The notes: generated from the letters alone by a model not told the origin. A stretch of DNA of 64,000 bases from Muribaculaceae bacterium (GCA_028689665.1 JAQVCR010000013.1:2-64001); one strand, 5' to 3'. Counted from the stretch's first letter, positions 19,983 through 30,170 are shown. Made by a program: numbers and translations.

Positions 19983-21004
19983 ATGAAAAAGTATGTGTAA
20001 CTACATATGTTTGGGGAGATAATTATCAGTTATACATTCCTATAGCTGTATTCTCTATGAAAAAAATGTATCCTGAGTATGATATAATAATATTTTTGCA
20101 CAGTAGCCTTAATCCTGAGTTAAAAAAAATATTAATTCAATTAGATCTGTTCGATAAAATCGTAATAAAAGAAAACACATTTGCCAATTGTCCTAATATG
20201 AATAAATATAAAGCAAAAGCTTTTAGATGGGTGATATGGGATGAATTGTTTTTTAATTATGATTATCTTTATACAATTGATATTGATATGTTTTATATAA
20301 AGGAGCCATTACCTCTTCATAAACAACATATTTATCATATGGAAAATGTAACTAAGTTGCCTTTTGATAATATGAGGAGATTTCAAAAGAGAAATGCTTT
20401 AACTTTAAAAGAAAAAATAGTGAGCTCTCTTGCGTGTAGTAAGAATTTTGGCGTTTTTAAAGCTATTAAACATTATAAATATATCTATAATGATATAAAC
20501 AAGCTATCAGGTCTGCATTTTGTAGATATAAAAAAATATTATTATATTGTTAATAAAGAGGTTTTAAAAGCAAATGAAAAGAAGATTTTTGATGGTACTT
20601 TCTTAATTGATTCACCTGTATTAAGTGATGAATGTTTCCTTTATAAAATGCTTAAGAATGTAAATATAAATGTAGATATTTTGGATCAACAGGATTTTGG
20701 ACCAGGGTTTAAGCACATGGACTTTAATAATTATAATAAACCATTGTTTAGACCTGTACATGGAATACATTTAGGAGATTTCAGAAATGACACACACATA
20801 AAAAAAGAAAATGATAATCTTGTTTGTTATGATTATTATAAAAATTACTTTATTGACTTTCTGCTTAACGATAACGATTTTACAAAATTTCTATCTTTAA
20901 TAAACAACCAATCTAAGCTATATTTTAAACGTTACTTTGATTATGCTGTGATTGACTTGGCAAATTATTCTAATATCAAAATAATTTTAGATGAAATCAT
21001 ATAA
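19979..21004 (+). CDS. hypothetical protein, possibly GT-A-fold glycosyltransferase
   Basis: Supported only by locus context and a DxD-like TIDIDMF. I did not recognise a family. Confidence 0.3.
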   Translation: MNEKVCVTTYVWGDNYQLYIPIAVFSMKKMYPEYDIIIFLHSSLNPELKKILIQLDLFDKIVIKENTFANCPNMNKYKAKAFRWVIWDELFFNYDYLYTIDIDMFYIKEPLPLHKQHIYHMENVTKLPFDNMRRFQKRNALTLKEKIVSSLACSKNFGVFKAIKHYKYIYNDINKLSGLHFVDIKKYYYIVNKEVLKANEKKIFDGTFLIDSPVLSDECFLYKMLKNVNINVDILDQQDFGPGFKHMDFNNYNKPLFRPVHGIHLGDFRNDTHIKKENDNLVCYDYYKNYFIDFLLNDNDFTKFLSLINNQSKLYFKRYFDYAVIDLANYSNIKIILDEII

Positions 21005-22151
21005 ATTTCTATCTATACTTACAATGATATTATATATCCTGTATTTTATGCAGGGTATAACATATTCATCGGGTAGTGTAGTATCACAAATTGCGATATT
21101 ATCTATAATCCTGATAGGTTTATTCTTCACGCTAAATACATTTTCGTTACCAAACCAAAATAAGTTTAATACGAAATGGTTGCTATTTTTGTTAATAAAT
21201 GTGTTATATTATGTTGTTGGATTTTTGTCAGGCACTTTACCAGAAGTGAGCTCTAGTGTGTTTAAAGGAGTATTAATTTGCTTTACTTCATTCTTTACAT
21301 TCTATTATATAGCACGAAAAACAGATTTTGACGAAAAATATTTTAAGTTTTTCTTTTATGCAAATTTGCTTTTGTCTATAATTAGATTTTATTATACAAA
21401 TGACACACTAACAAATGACAGTAATTCAGAGAATGTGGTAAATAATATGTCTTATGTATTTAGTTTTTTGATACCATTTATTGTATTTATAAAAACTAAT
21501 AAAACAAATAAAATTTTGTCATTAACGTTAATTGTCTTTTTTGTTTTTTATGGAGCAAAAAGAGGTGCTATCATAATATCTTTAATAGGAAGCGTAATTT
21601 ATATGTTATTTGAATTAAAAGCAATTAAATATAATAAATTGATATCAAGATTAATGTTTATTTTTCTTTTTATTCTTTCTTGTTATTTTATATATGATCA
21701 TTATGCAAATAACGAATTTATTATAGATAGATTTAATGGCATTCAAGAAGGTAATATTAGTGGACGAGATATTATATATTCAACAATTTATAATAAGTAT
21801 ATAAATTCGGGTACGATTAATTTTATATTCGGCTTTGGATTTGCGGGTTCAACTGTACTGACAGGATATCTATTAGCTCACAACGATTGGTTAGAGGTAG
21901 TATCAAATTTTGGCCTTATAGGAGTGATATTATATTTACTATTATTCATATCAATATTTAAACTTATTAATACATCTATTTATTTAAAAAATAATATAAG
22001 ATATAAATACACATTACTTTCCATAGTTTTAATGTGGATGACAATGACCATCTTTTCAACCTGGTACAATGGTATAACAAATTATACTCAGGCGATATTA
22101 TTAGGATATATATTAGGAGATATTGATAAATATACTAATAATAAATATTAA
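20991..22151 (+). CDS. wzy: O-antigen/capsule repeat-unit polymerase (Wzy-like)
   Basis: A polytopic membrane protein with a Wzy_C-like segment AHNDWLEVVSNFGLIG. Confidence 0.6.
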   Translation: MKSYKFLSILTMILYILYFMQGITYSSGSVVSQIAILSIILIGLFFTLNTFSLPNQNKFNTKWLLFLLINVLYYVVGFLSGTLPEVSSSVFKGVLICFTSFFTFYYIARKTDFDEKYFKFFFYANLLLSIIRFYYTNDTLTNDSNSENVVNNMSYVFSFLIPFIVFIKTNKTNKILSLTLIVFFVFYGAKRGAIIISLIGSVIYMLFELKAIKYNKLISRLMFIFLFILSCYFIYDHYANNEFIIDRFNGIQEGNISGRDIIYSTIYNKYINSGTINFIFGFGFAGSTVLTGYLLAHNDWLEVVSNFGLIGVILYLLLFISIFKLINTSIYLKNNIRYKYTLLSIVLMWMTMTIFSTWYNGITNYTQAILLGYILGDIDKYTNNKY

Positions 22152-22439
22152 TAAACTTTTGAGTGGCTCTAAAACTTAATTTTTATTCCAGAAATACAAG
22201 TCTCTAAAGTAAGTTTATCCCTTCTTATATAAAACATTTAATTAACAGTTTTGGGTAGGAATACACGAAATATGACGAATTATGCTATTATTTATAGGTT
22301 TCCCAATCAAACAATAAATCTGTAAGTTGCTAAATGTCATTTAATTTTTTCAAATAAAATTGCAAAACTTTTCAGATGAAATCATAGATTGTTGTGCTAA
22401 GCAGTCCGATTTCACAATACACCAAATATCAATATAATA

Positions 22440-23453
22440 ATGAAAATAGGAATACATAAAAAAGTCGGGTCCTATAGTGACCGTTGGATTGAATACTGCA
22501 AAGAGAACAATATAGATTATAAGATTGTAAACGCCTATGATAGTAATATAGTAGAACAATTAGTGGATTGCGACATTTTTATGTGGCACCACCACCACGC
22601 AAACTACCGTGATGCACTCTTTGCAAAACAACTACTAAATTCATTGGAAACCGCAGGAAAAAAGGTTTTCCCTGATTTTAAAACAGATTGGCATTTCGAT
22701 GATAAATTGGGGCAAAAATATCTTTTTGAGGCGTTGGGAATTCAAGCAGCACCATCCTACGCCTTTTATGATAAAAAGAGTGCTAAAAAGTGGATTGATT
22801 CAACAACTTTTCCCAAAGTATTTAAACTTAGAGGAGGTGCAGGCTCCGCCAATGTTCAGTTAGCAAAGAGCAAAAAAGATGCTGTAAAATTTGTAAATAA
22901 GTGTTTTAGTAGAGGGTTCTCTCAATTCGATGGAATCAGAAATTTTAAAGAGAGAATAAAGCATTACAGAAACTCCAAAGATACCTTATTTGGAGTTTTT
23001 AAAGGTTTTGGTCGTATGTTTATCAAGACCGAATTTGCCAAGATGCATCCTAAAGAAAAGGGATATGCCTATTTTCAAGAGTTCATTCCTAATGACGGAT
23101 ACGACATACGAATTGAGATAGTTGAAGATAAAGCAATCGCTTTGATAAGAAAAGCACGTAAAAATGATTTTAGGGCTTCGGGTGGACATATGGATTACTT
23201 TAATCACGAGTACATTACACCCGATGTTATAAAGTTTGCATTTGATGTGTACGATAAACTTTCTATGCAGTCGTGTGCAATGGATTTGGTAAGAAATAAT
23301 ATTGATGGGAAATTATATGTAGTTGAAGTGTGCTATTGCTATGGTGTAGATGATGATGAGTTCGACCACGGTTATTGGGATAGAGATGGAAATCTTCATA
23401 ATGAAAAATTTAATGGACTTGATTTGATGATTGAGAGTGTAATTAAAAATTAG
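22440..23453 (+). CDS. ATP-grasp domain protein
   Basis: Contains FPKVFKLRGGAGSANVQL, followed by a later E/N-rich catalytic region typical of the ATP-grasp fold. Confidence 0.55.
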   Translation: MKIGIHKKVGSYSDRWIEYCKENNIDYKIVNAYDSNIVEQLVDCDIFMWHHHHANYRDALFAKQLLNSLETAGKKVFPDFKTDWHFDDKLGQKYLFEALGIQAAPSYAFYDKKSAKKWIDSTTFPKVFKLRGGAGSANVQLAKSKKDAVKFVNKCFSRGFSQFDGIRNFKERIKHYRNSKDTLFGVFKGFGRMFIKTEFAKMHPKEKGYAYFQEFIPNDGYDIRIEIVEDKAIALIRKARKNDFRASGGHMDYFNHEYITPDVIKFAFDVYDKLSMQSCAMDLVRNNIDGKLYVVEVCYCYGVDDDEFDHGYWDRDGNLHNEKFNGLDLMIESVIKN

Positions 23454-23456
23454 CAA

Positions 23457-24539
23457 ATGAAAAGAATCCTTTGCATTACAGAGAATCTGGGCTCTGGAGG
23501 AGCTGAACGTCAACTTACCGGGCTTGCGGTGTTACTGAAACAGCAGGGTTATCAGGTCAAATTTATTACGTATATTGAAGCCCAGTTTTATTTGCATAAG
23601 TTGGAGGAAGGTGGAGTTGATTACGAACTAATTAATGGTGAGAAAAAATGGAAACGTTTTTTTGTGATTAGGAGTGCAATAAAAAAATACAATCCCGATG
23701 TAGTTATATCGTTCCTTCAAACCGCTTCTCAATGGACTATTTTAGCGAAACTTTCAGGATTGTCATTTAAGTTGATAGTTTCGGAACGAAGTGCAACACA
23801 AAAAATTGGCATAAAAGAACGATTGAGATTTTATCTCTATCGTTTTGCCGATGCCGTCGTTGCAAATTCATACAACGAAAGAGATTTTATCAGCAAGAAT
23901 TTTCCTTCGCTTGCAAAAAAAACATTGACCATTACAAACTTTACCGACACTCAACACTTCACACCACCGCAAGAAGAACGGGATTTTGGAGTGAATAAAA
24001 TATTGGTCGTAGGTCGTTTGATGCCAACTAAAAATACACTGCAATTTTTGGAGGGAATAAAGATAATCATAGACAAGGGATATAGTTGTAGAGTGCGATG
24101 GGTGGGGAATCAGCACGACAACGATTACAAAGATATGGTGATGGAAATGGTAGAAAAATTAAACCTCTCGAACAGCGTAGAATTTGCCCACCAATCAATT
24201 GATATTGTTAGTGAATATCAGAGAGCTGCAATTTTTTGTTTGCCATCACTTTTTGAAGGCTATCCAAATGTTGTTTGCGAGGCAATGAGTTGCGGCTTGC
24301 CGGTAATTTGTAGCAATGTGTGCGACAATCCGATGATTGTTAATGAAGGAGAAAATGGCTTTTTGTTTAATCCCTTGTCGGCAGATGATATAGCGACGGC
24401 AATAGAGAAGTTTATCACCCTTCCTATACGCGAAAAAATCACGATTTCAGAAAAAAACAGGGTGAGAGCGATTTCTCTATTTGGTGTTAGTAGTTTTGAA
24501 GCGAGATATGTAGAATTAATACAAGATATAAACGAGTAG
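23457..24539 (+). CDS. glycosyltransferase family 4 (GT-B)
   Basis: The EGYPNVVCEAMSCGLPVI motif (EX7E region). Confidence 0.75.
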   Translation: MKRILCITENLGSGGAERQLTGLAVLLKQQGYQVKFITYIEAQFYLHKLEEGGVDYELINGEKKWKRFFVIRSAIKKYNPDVVISFLQTASQWTILAKLSGLSFKLIVSERSATQKIGIKERLRFYLYRFADAVVANSYNERDFISKNFPSLAKKTLTITNFTDTQHFTPPQEERDFGVNKILVVGRLMPTKNTLQFLEGIKIIIDKGYSCRVRWVGNQHDNDYKDMVMEMVEKLNLSNSVEFAHQSIDIVSEYQRAAIFCLPSLFEGYPNVVCEAMSCGLPVICSNVCDNPMIVNEGENGFLFNPLSADDIATAIEKFITLPIREKITISEKNRVRAISLFGVSSFEARYVELIQDINE

Positions 24540-24541
24540 AT

Positions 24542-25063
24542 ATGAGATACTTATGCTTATTTGTGTACTACTTCTTGTTGAAACATTTGCCTGCCGCAAA
24601 TAGTAGATACTTCTATTTTGTGAAGTTTATAAGATCTTCGGTTGGCAAATTTATTTTTGAACATTGCGGAAAAAATGTCAACATTGAGAAGGGAGCAAAT
24701 TTTGGTACTGGCAGAGATATTAGCATCGGAGATAATTCAGGGATAGGGGTAAACTGTCATGTAAGAGGGCCGTTAATAATAGGCAATAATGTGATGATGG
24801 GACCTGAGGTTATCATCTTAACATCCACACACAGATATGAGCGAACTGATATTCCTATGTGTAAACAGGGTGGGGATATACATGAAGTAAAAGTAGGCGA
24901 TGATGTTTGGATCGGCACAAGATCTATTATTCTCCCCAGAGTTACGATAGGAAATGGGGTAATTATTGGTGCAGGTTCCGTTGTTACCAAAAACATTCCT
25001 GATTTTGCTATAGTTGGTGGCGTGCCGGCGAAGATTATCAGATATAGATTAGTGAATCAATAA
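24542..25063 (+). CDS. hexapeptide-repeat O-acetyltransferase (LbH)
   Basis: Repeated [LIV]G-x4 hexapeptides, for example IGNGVIIGAGSVV. Confidence 0.75.
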   Translation: MRYLCLFVYYFLLKHLPAANSRYFYFVKFIRSSVGKFIFEHCGKNVNIEKGANFGTGRDISIGDNSGIGVNCHVRGPLIIGNNVMMGPEVIILTSTHRYERTDIPMCKQGGDIHEVKVGDDVWIGTRSIILPRVTIGNGVIIGAGSVVTKNIPDFAIVGGVPAKIIRYRLVNQ

Positions 25064-25075
25064 CTAGTTAGAAAT

Positions 25076-26122
25076 ATGGGTAAAAAATATACAGTGGGTA
25101 CGTGCGGTTATTATGGCGATGAAAACACAATCCAAAATGGCCAAACTATCAAGACCGTTAATGTTACATTTGCTATCAAAGAGTATTTTGGTCAAGATAA
25201 AGTACGCATTGTTGATTACACACAGGTTAGAAAGAGGCCGTTCTCTGTTTTATGTGGGTTCGTATCGCTATTTATTCAGTGTAAAAATATCGTACTATTC
25301 CCCGACCAAAATGCTTACAAGGCAATCATACCTCTTGCAGTTGTTTTATCTTCAATATCCCGAAATAGAGTGTTTTATTTGGTAGTTGGAGGTTGGCTTC
25401 CTGATGACCTAAAAGCAAACAGATGGCTTCTCCCTTTTGTTAAAAAAAATGATTTTATATTCGCCGAAACAACTCAATTAAAGAATAAACTCAAAGAATT
25501 GAGTATTAATAACGTTGAGATATTAACTAATTTTAGAATTGTTGAAATTGACGAAAAAAGGTACAATAGTAGAAATTTTACCCCACCATACAAAATATGC
25601 TTTATTTCGAGAGTTACTGCAAAAAAAGGCGTAACGGAGTTAGTGAATGTAATAAATGAAATAAACTCCAATAAAATACTATTTGAATTGGATATTTACG
25701 GAGGAATAGACAGTGAATATCTCGAGGAATTCCACTCACTTGGCATTGAAAGAAACGAATACATTAACTATAAAGGTGAGTTGGAGGCAGCAAAAGTGAT
25801 AGATATTATGAGCAACTACTATCTCCATGTTCTGCCAACGAAGTTCAAAACTGAGGGCTTTCCGGGCTCTATCATCGAAGGTTTTTACGGCGGAGTGCCT
25901 ACTCTTGCATCAAGATGGAACTCGGCCGAAGATATTATTTCGGATAATATTGATGGGCTGGTATTTGAGTTTGATAATTTTGAGGATATGAAACAAAAAC
26001 TTATCTATTGCTACAACAATCCCGATGAAATTATCAAAATGAGAGAGCAATGCAGGCAAAAAGCTAAAAAATTCTCATATAAGGAGGTTATAAAAACATT
26101 GACTGACAAAATGCAAAAATAG
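25076..26122 (+). CDS. glycosyltransferase family 4 (GT-B)
   Basis: The EGFPGSIIEGFYGGVPTL motif. Confidence 0.65.
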   Translation: MGKKYTVGTCGYYGDENTIQNGQTIKTVNVTFAIKEYFGQDKVRIVDYTQVRKRPFSVLCGFVSLFIQCKNIVLFPDQNAYKAIIPLAVVLSSISRNRVFYLVVGGWLPDDLKANRWLLPFVKKNDFIFAETTQLKNKLKELSINNVEILTNFRIVEIDEKRYNSRNFTPPYKICFISRVTAKKGVTELVNVINEINSNKILFELDIYGGIDSEYLEEFHSLGIERNEYINYKGELEAAKVIDIMSNYYLHVLPTKFKTEGFPGSIIEGFYGGVPTLASRWNSAEDIISDNIDGLVFEFDNFEDMKQKLIYCYNNPDEIIKMREQCRQKAKKFSYKEVIKTLTDKMQK

Positions 26123-26123
26123 T

Positions 26124-26765
26124 ATGAGCATACAAAAAAGAGTAGTTCTCAAACTAAGAGAGATAATTGGGAATCTGTTTTTCAGAAAAACAGTTGTAAA
26201 ACAGATGAGTAAAAGGTTGGTAAATAGAGATATGACCATAATAACAAGTAATTGCATAGGTTGTATATTTTTACACGATATGCAACTTCCATTCAATACT
26301 CCTACCGTGAATCTATTTATCAAATCAGGGGATTTTGTCAAATTTGCAAAATTATTAGACCACTATCTCTCGTTGGATTTCAGTGGCTTTGAAACCTCAG
26401 CCGAAGGCTATCCTATTGGGATTTTAGGCGATATTAAGATATATTTCGTTCATTATAAACATCCGGAAGAGGCTGCAGCGAAATGGCATCAACGCAAGAT
26501 GAGAATCAACAAAGAGAATATGTTTTTCATGATGACTGATAGAGATGATTGCACTATGGAAATGATTTCCGAGTTGACATCTTTGCCACATTCGACAGTT
26601 GTGTTTTCTCACGTTCCTAGACCTTCAAATGACAGTGTAGTTTATATCCCAACCTTTGAGGCAGAAGGTTGCGTGGGAGAGCTATACAAATTTGCCGACT
26701 ATACGGGGCATCGTTATTATGAAAAATACTTTGATATTGTAAAATGGTTAAACACACGCAAATAA
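26124..26765 (+). CDS. DUF1919-family exopolysaccharide biosynthesis protein
   Basis: TIITSNCIGCIFLHDMQLPFNTPTVNLFI resembles the DUF1919 N-terminal signature. Confidence 0.5.
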   Translation: MSIQKRVVLKLREIIGNLFFRKTVVKQMSKRLVNRDMTIITSNCIGCIFLHDMQLPFNTPTVNLFIKSGDFVKFAKLLDHYLSLDFSGFETSAEGYPIGILGDIKIYFVHYKHPEEAAAKWHQRKMRINKENMFFMMTDRDDCTMEMISELTSLPHSTVVFSHVPRPSNDSVVYIPTFEAEGCVGELYKFADYTGHRYYEKYFDIVKWLNTRK

Positions 26766-26830
26766 TGGAAGAAAAGCACTTTGTATCCAGAATTTGTCCG
26801 ATATATAATGAGGAGAAATACATTTTATAA
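26765..26830 (+). pseudogene. 21-codon remnant of a GT2 glycosyltransferase N-terminus
   Basis: My own translation gives MEEKHFVSRICPIYNEEKYIL*. This matches the canonical GT2 start (vSIIiPvYNeekYl) and overlaps the upstream stop as TAATG. Confidence 0.5.
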
Positions 26831-26918
26831 TTGATTTAAGTAGCCAGATGATTCTTTATAATTAATGCACGCATAAGTACTACATTCTGTTGACTATAAA
26901 TGATTTTAATATAATATT

Positions 26919-27899
26919 ATGACTTTTGAAATTGCTATTATTATACCTACCCTCAACGAAGAACGTTATATCTCAGAGTGTCTTAAATCTGTATTTGAAC
27001 AAAGTTTTGAGCAATCGAAACTTGATATTATTATAGCGGATGGCGGCAGTACAGATCAGACTTGCAATATAATAGAAAATATTGCAAAGAGTCATCAAAA
27101 TGTCAGATTAATACGGAACGAAAAGAAAATACAATCTGTAGCATTTAATCTTGGAGTAGCTATATCTTCTGCGCCTTATATTATTAGACTTGATGCTCAT
27201 GCTCTATATAATAGAAATTATGTAGAATTATGTTATAATAATCTTGTAAAAAATGGAAACATTGGAAATGTTGGGGGCGTATGTTCCATACGCCCCCAAC
27301 ATTTCGGAATAATCCCTGAGGCAAATGCTATACTTAATCAGGTAAAATTTGGTATTGGGGGTGCAGCTTTTAGAATCGGAGCAGAAGCGGGATTTGTTGA
27401 TACAGTCCCTTTCGGAGCCTTTCCTCGTAAAGTAATTGAGAAAATTGGAGGAATGCGTGAAGAATTAGCTAGAGGAGAAGACAATGAATACAATTCACGA
27501 ATAAAGAAAGCAGGATATAAAATATATCTTGATCCAAACATTATTAGTACATATTATTCAAGAGACACAATCAAAGGAAGCATCAAACAAATGTATGCTA
27601 ATGGTCTATCTATTGGGAAACTTTTACAGATTGATCGAAAATCTGTCAGTATCAGGCATTTAATTCCTCTCTGTTTTGTATTGTCAATAATTATCTCATT
27701 TCTTATTGGATTGATGTATCAGCCTTTATTATGGATCGTAGTTTTAATTATTGGTACATATACAATAGCCAATCTTATAGCGACAATATCTGCCTGTATC
27801 AAATTTGGGTGGAAATATATATATATTTTACCGATTTTATTCTTTACAGTCCATTTTTCCTATGGAATAGGTACAATAATAGGCCTTTTCAAGGGTTAA
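26919..27899 (+). CDS. glycosyltransferase family 2 with C-terminal TM segments
   Basis: N-terminal IAIIIPTLNEERYI plus a DGGSTD motif. Confidence 0.75.
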   Translation: MTFEIAIIIPTLNEERYISECLKSVFEQSFEQSKLDIIIADGGSTDQTCNIIENIAKSHQNVRLIRNEKKIQSVAFNLGVAISSAPYIIRLDAHALYNRNYVELCYNNLVKNGNIGNVGGVCSIRPQHFGIIPEANAILNQVKFGIGGAAFRIGAEAGFVDTVPFGAFPRKVIEKIGGMREELARGEDNEYNSRIKKAGYKIYLDPNIISTYYSRDTIKGSIKQMYANGLSIGKLLQIDRKSVSIRHLIPLCFVLSIIISFLIGLMYQPLLWIVVLIIGTYTIANLIATISACIKFGWKYIYILPILFFTVHFSYGIGTIIGLFKG

Positions 27900-27947
27900 A
27901 GAACTCGTTTTTTATAATTTTCAAAATCAATAAAACTTTTTTAGGAA

Positions 27948-29144
27948 ATGAAGATATCTTTCTCGCCGCCTGATATTACTATGGCGGAGGCGGAGGAGGT
28001 GCGTGATGCGCTTCTTTCTGGGTGGATTACAACTGGTCCGAGAACAAAACAGCTTGAACATGAGATTGAAGCGATGACTGGCGCTAGTCGTTGCGTTTGT
28101 CTTAACTCGGCTACGGCAGCTATGGAGTTGGCTCTGCGTGTACTTGGTGTTGGCGAAGGCGATGAAGTGATTACGTCGGCTTATACTTATACTGCCAGCG
28201 CTAGCGTTGTGTGCCATGTAGGGGCAAAGTTAGTATTGGTCGATACTGCTCCCAATTCATTTGAGATGGATTATGATAAGCTTGCCGATGTTATCACGCC
28301 TCGCACAAAAGCGGTGATTCCGGTTGATCTTGGAGGTAAGATGTGCGACTACGATAGAATATTTAAAGCCGTTGAAAGTCGTAAAGATGTTTTTGATCCA
28401 CAAAACAGCATACAAAAATCAATTGGGCGCGTTGCGGTACTAGCCGATTCGGCTCATGGATTTGGTGCCGAGTGGCATGGAAAAATGAGTGGTTCGGTTG
28501 CCGACTTTACAAGTTTTTCTTTCCACGCTGTGAAAAATTTCACTACCGCCGAAGGTGGAGCAATAACGTGGAATGATATTAAAGGAATAGATACAGAGGC
28601 AATTTATAAGCAATTCCAGTTGCTATCGTTGCACGGACAGAACAAGGACGCTCTTGCAAAGACAAAGCTTGGCGCATGGGAATATGATATTATAGCGCCG
28701 TATTATAAATGCAATATGACAGATATTATGGCTGCTATTGGTCTTATTCAAATGAAGCGCTATCCTGCCATGCTAAAGCGTCGGCATGAAATTATAAATA
28801 GGTATAATGAAGCATTGAAGAATTGCAACGTTAGTGTGATTGAACATTATGTCGAGAATTATAAATCTAGCGGACACTTGTATTTAGTCCGTTTATTGGG
28901 TAAGGATTCAGCCTACCGCAACCATGTGATCGAGCAAATGGCAGAACGTGGAATTGCGTGTAATGTGCATTACAAACCATTGCCAATGATGACTGCATAT
29001 AAAAATCTTGGCTTTGATATTAATGATTATCCTAATGCCTATAACCAATTTATAAATGAAATCACACTACCACTTCATACATGTTTAACAGATGAGGAGG
29101 TAGAATATGTTATCAGCAATTTTGTAGATATTATATCTAAATAA
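27948..29144 (+). CDS. DegT/DnrJ/EryC1/StrS-family sugar aminotransferase (WcfR/PglE-like)
   Basis: A PLP-enzyme pattern with the SFHAVKN lysine motif, located directly upstream of the initiating transferase. Confidence 0.8.
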   Translation: MKISFSPPDITMAEAEEVRDALLSGWITTGPRTKQLEHEIEAMTGASRCVCLNSATAAMELALRVLGVGEGDEVITSAYTYTASASVVCHVGAKLVLVDTAPNSFEMDYDKLADVITPRTKAVIPVDLGGKMCDYDRIFKAVESRKDVFDPQNSIQKSIGRVAVLADSAHGFGAEWHGKMSGSVADFTSFSFHAVKNFTTAEGGAITWNDIKGIDTEAIYKQFQLLSLHGQNKDALAKTKLGAWEYDIIAPYYKCNMTDIMAAIGLIQMKRYPAMLKRRHEIINRYNEALKNCNVSVIEHYVENYKSSGHLYLVRLLGKDSAYRNHVIEQMAERGIACNVHYKPLPMMTAYKNLGFDINDYPNAYNQFINEITLPLHTCLTDEEVEYVISNFVDIISK

Positions 29145-29725
29145 TGAAGCGAGCTTTTGATATCCTTGCAAGTGGAATTGGACTTATTCTTTTGAGTCCA
29201 ATTTTATTTTTTATTTCAATCTGGATAAAATTAGATTCCAAAGGACCAGTTTTTTATAAACAAGTACGAGTAGGGAAAGGAAATAAAGATTTTAAAATCT
29301 TTAAATTCCGCTCAATGCGAATTGGTGCTGATAAAGGAAGCCTTATCACCATTGGCGGACACGATTCTAGAATAACTCGATCTGGATATTTTATAAGAAA
29401 ATATAAGATAGATGAGCTGCCACAACTTATAAATGTCTTTATTGGAGATATGAGTTTGGTTGGACCTCGTCCCGAAGTGCGCCGTTACGTCGATTTGTAT
29501 AACGAAGTACAGCAAAAAGTATTGACTGTTCGTCCTGGAATTACAGATGTAGCATCTATAAAATACCGTAATGAGAATGAGATTCTTGGTGGTGTTAGCA
29601 ATCCAGATGATTACTATGTTAAAATCATAATGCCGGATAAATTGAGTATGAATATCAATTATATAGCCAATAGAACTTTTATGAAAGATATTAAATTGAT
29701 ATTCTTTACAGTTCTTGGGAGATAA
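29144..29725 (+). CDS. small PglC/WcfS-type undecaprenyl-phosphate sugar phosphotransferase
   Basis: One N-terminal re-entrant helix, with KFRSM and DELPQL...[10 protein letters not shown] motifs. Confidence 0.85.
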   Translation: MKRAFDILASGIGLILLSPILFFISIWIKLDSKGPVFYKQVRVGKGNKDFKIFKFRSMRIGADKGSLITIGGHDSRITRSGYFIRKYKIDELPQLINVFIGDMSLVGPRPEVRRYVDLYNEVQQKVLTVRPGITDVASIKYRNENEILGGVSNPDDYYVKIIMPDKLSMNINYIANRTFMKDIKLIFFTVLGR

Positions 29726-29850
29726 TTATTTTTGATGGGGCTTTTTGACTTTCAGCGGGAGATGCTGGAGCGGATCGATGAGGCTTACATCTGCGAAGGA
29801 ATTAAGAGGGCGATTGTGCGTTAGGATTTTTGCTTTTATACATAATATAT

Positions 29851-29884
29851 AGGCTCGGTAGTATTTCTGCCGGGCTTTTTTTTT
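29851..29884 (+). terminator. intrinsic terminator (stem with G-U pairs followed by T9)
   Basis: aggctcgg-N11-ccgggctt followed by nine T residues. Confidence 0.6.
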
Positions 29885-29938
29885 GACGGGGCTTTGTGTG
29901 AAATTTACGGGTACTTTTTCAGCCGGGCTCTTTATTTA

Positions 29939-30058
29939 TTTGGGTTTTTGGTGGCTTGGGGCTTGTGTTCTTGGGGGCTTGGTTCTTGGGTTTTTGGTTC
30001 TTGGGTTTTTGGTGGCTTGGGGCTTGGGGGCTTGGGGGGTTGTGGCTTGGGGGGTTGG
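29939..30058. repeat. A-free G/T-rich low-complexity array (cttgggg/ttggttcttgggttttt units, ~61-nt periodicity)
   Basis: There is no A from 29939 to 30058. The string tgggtttttggtggcttggggcttg recurs at 29941 and 30002. Its reverse complement shares aagcccccaa with the 13.5-kb array. Confidence 0.9.
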
Positions 30059-30170
30059 AATTTTTTGGGGGGTGAAGGTTTTTTCTAAATGGGGTATCGT
30101 TTATTGAAATTAATCTCTTGTCTTTTCTTTATTTTTTCTTAAAGGCTTATGTTGGTTCAATTATTTGAAT

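Noticed and set aside
22152-22439. The non-coding gap in the polysaccharide locus, and ORF 22350-22559 on the minus strand.
   Set aside because: The ORF overlaps the start of the ATP-grasp gene and is I/Y/F-rich AT-driven sequence. I saw no repeat or RNA-like structure in the gap beyond its role as a module boundary.
29883-30107. Two G/W/L-rich ORFs on the plus strand.
   Set aside because: This is the same artefact. The tract 29939-30058 contains no A, so plus-strand stops are impossible.
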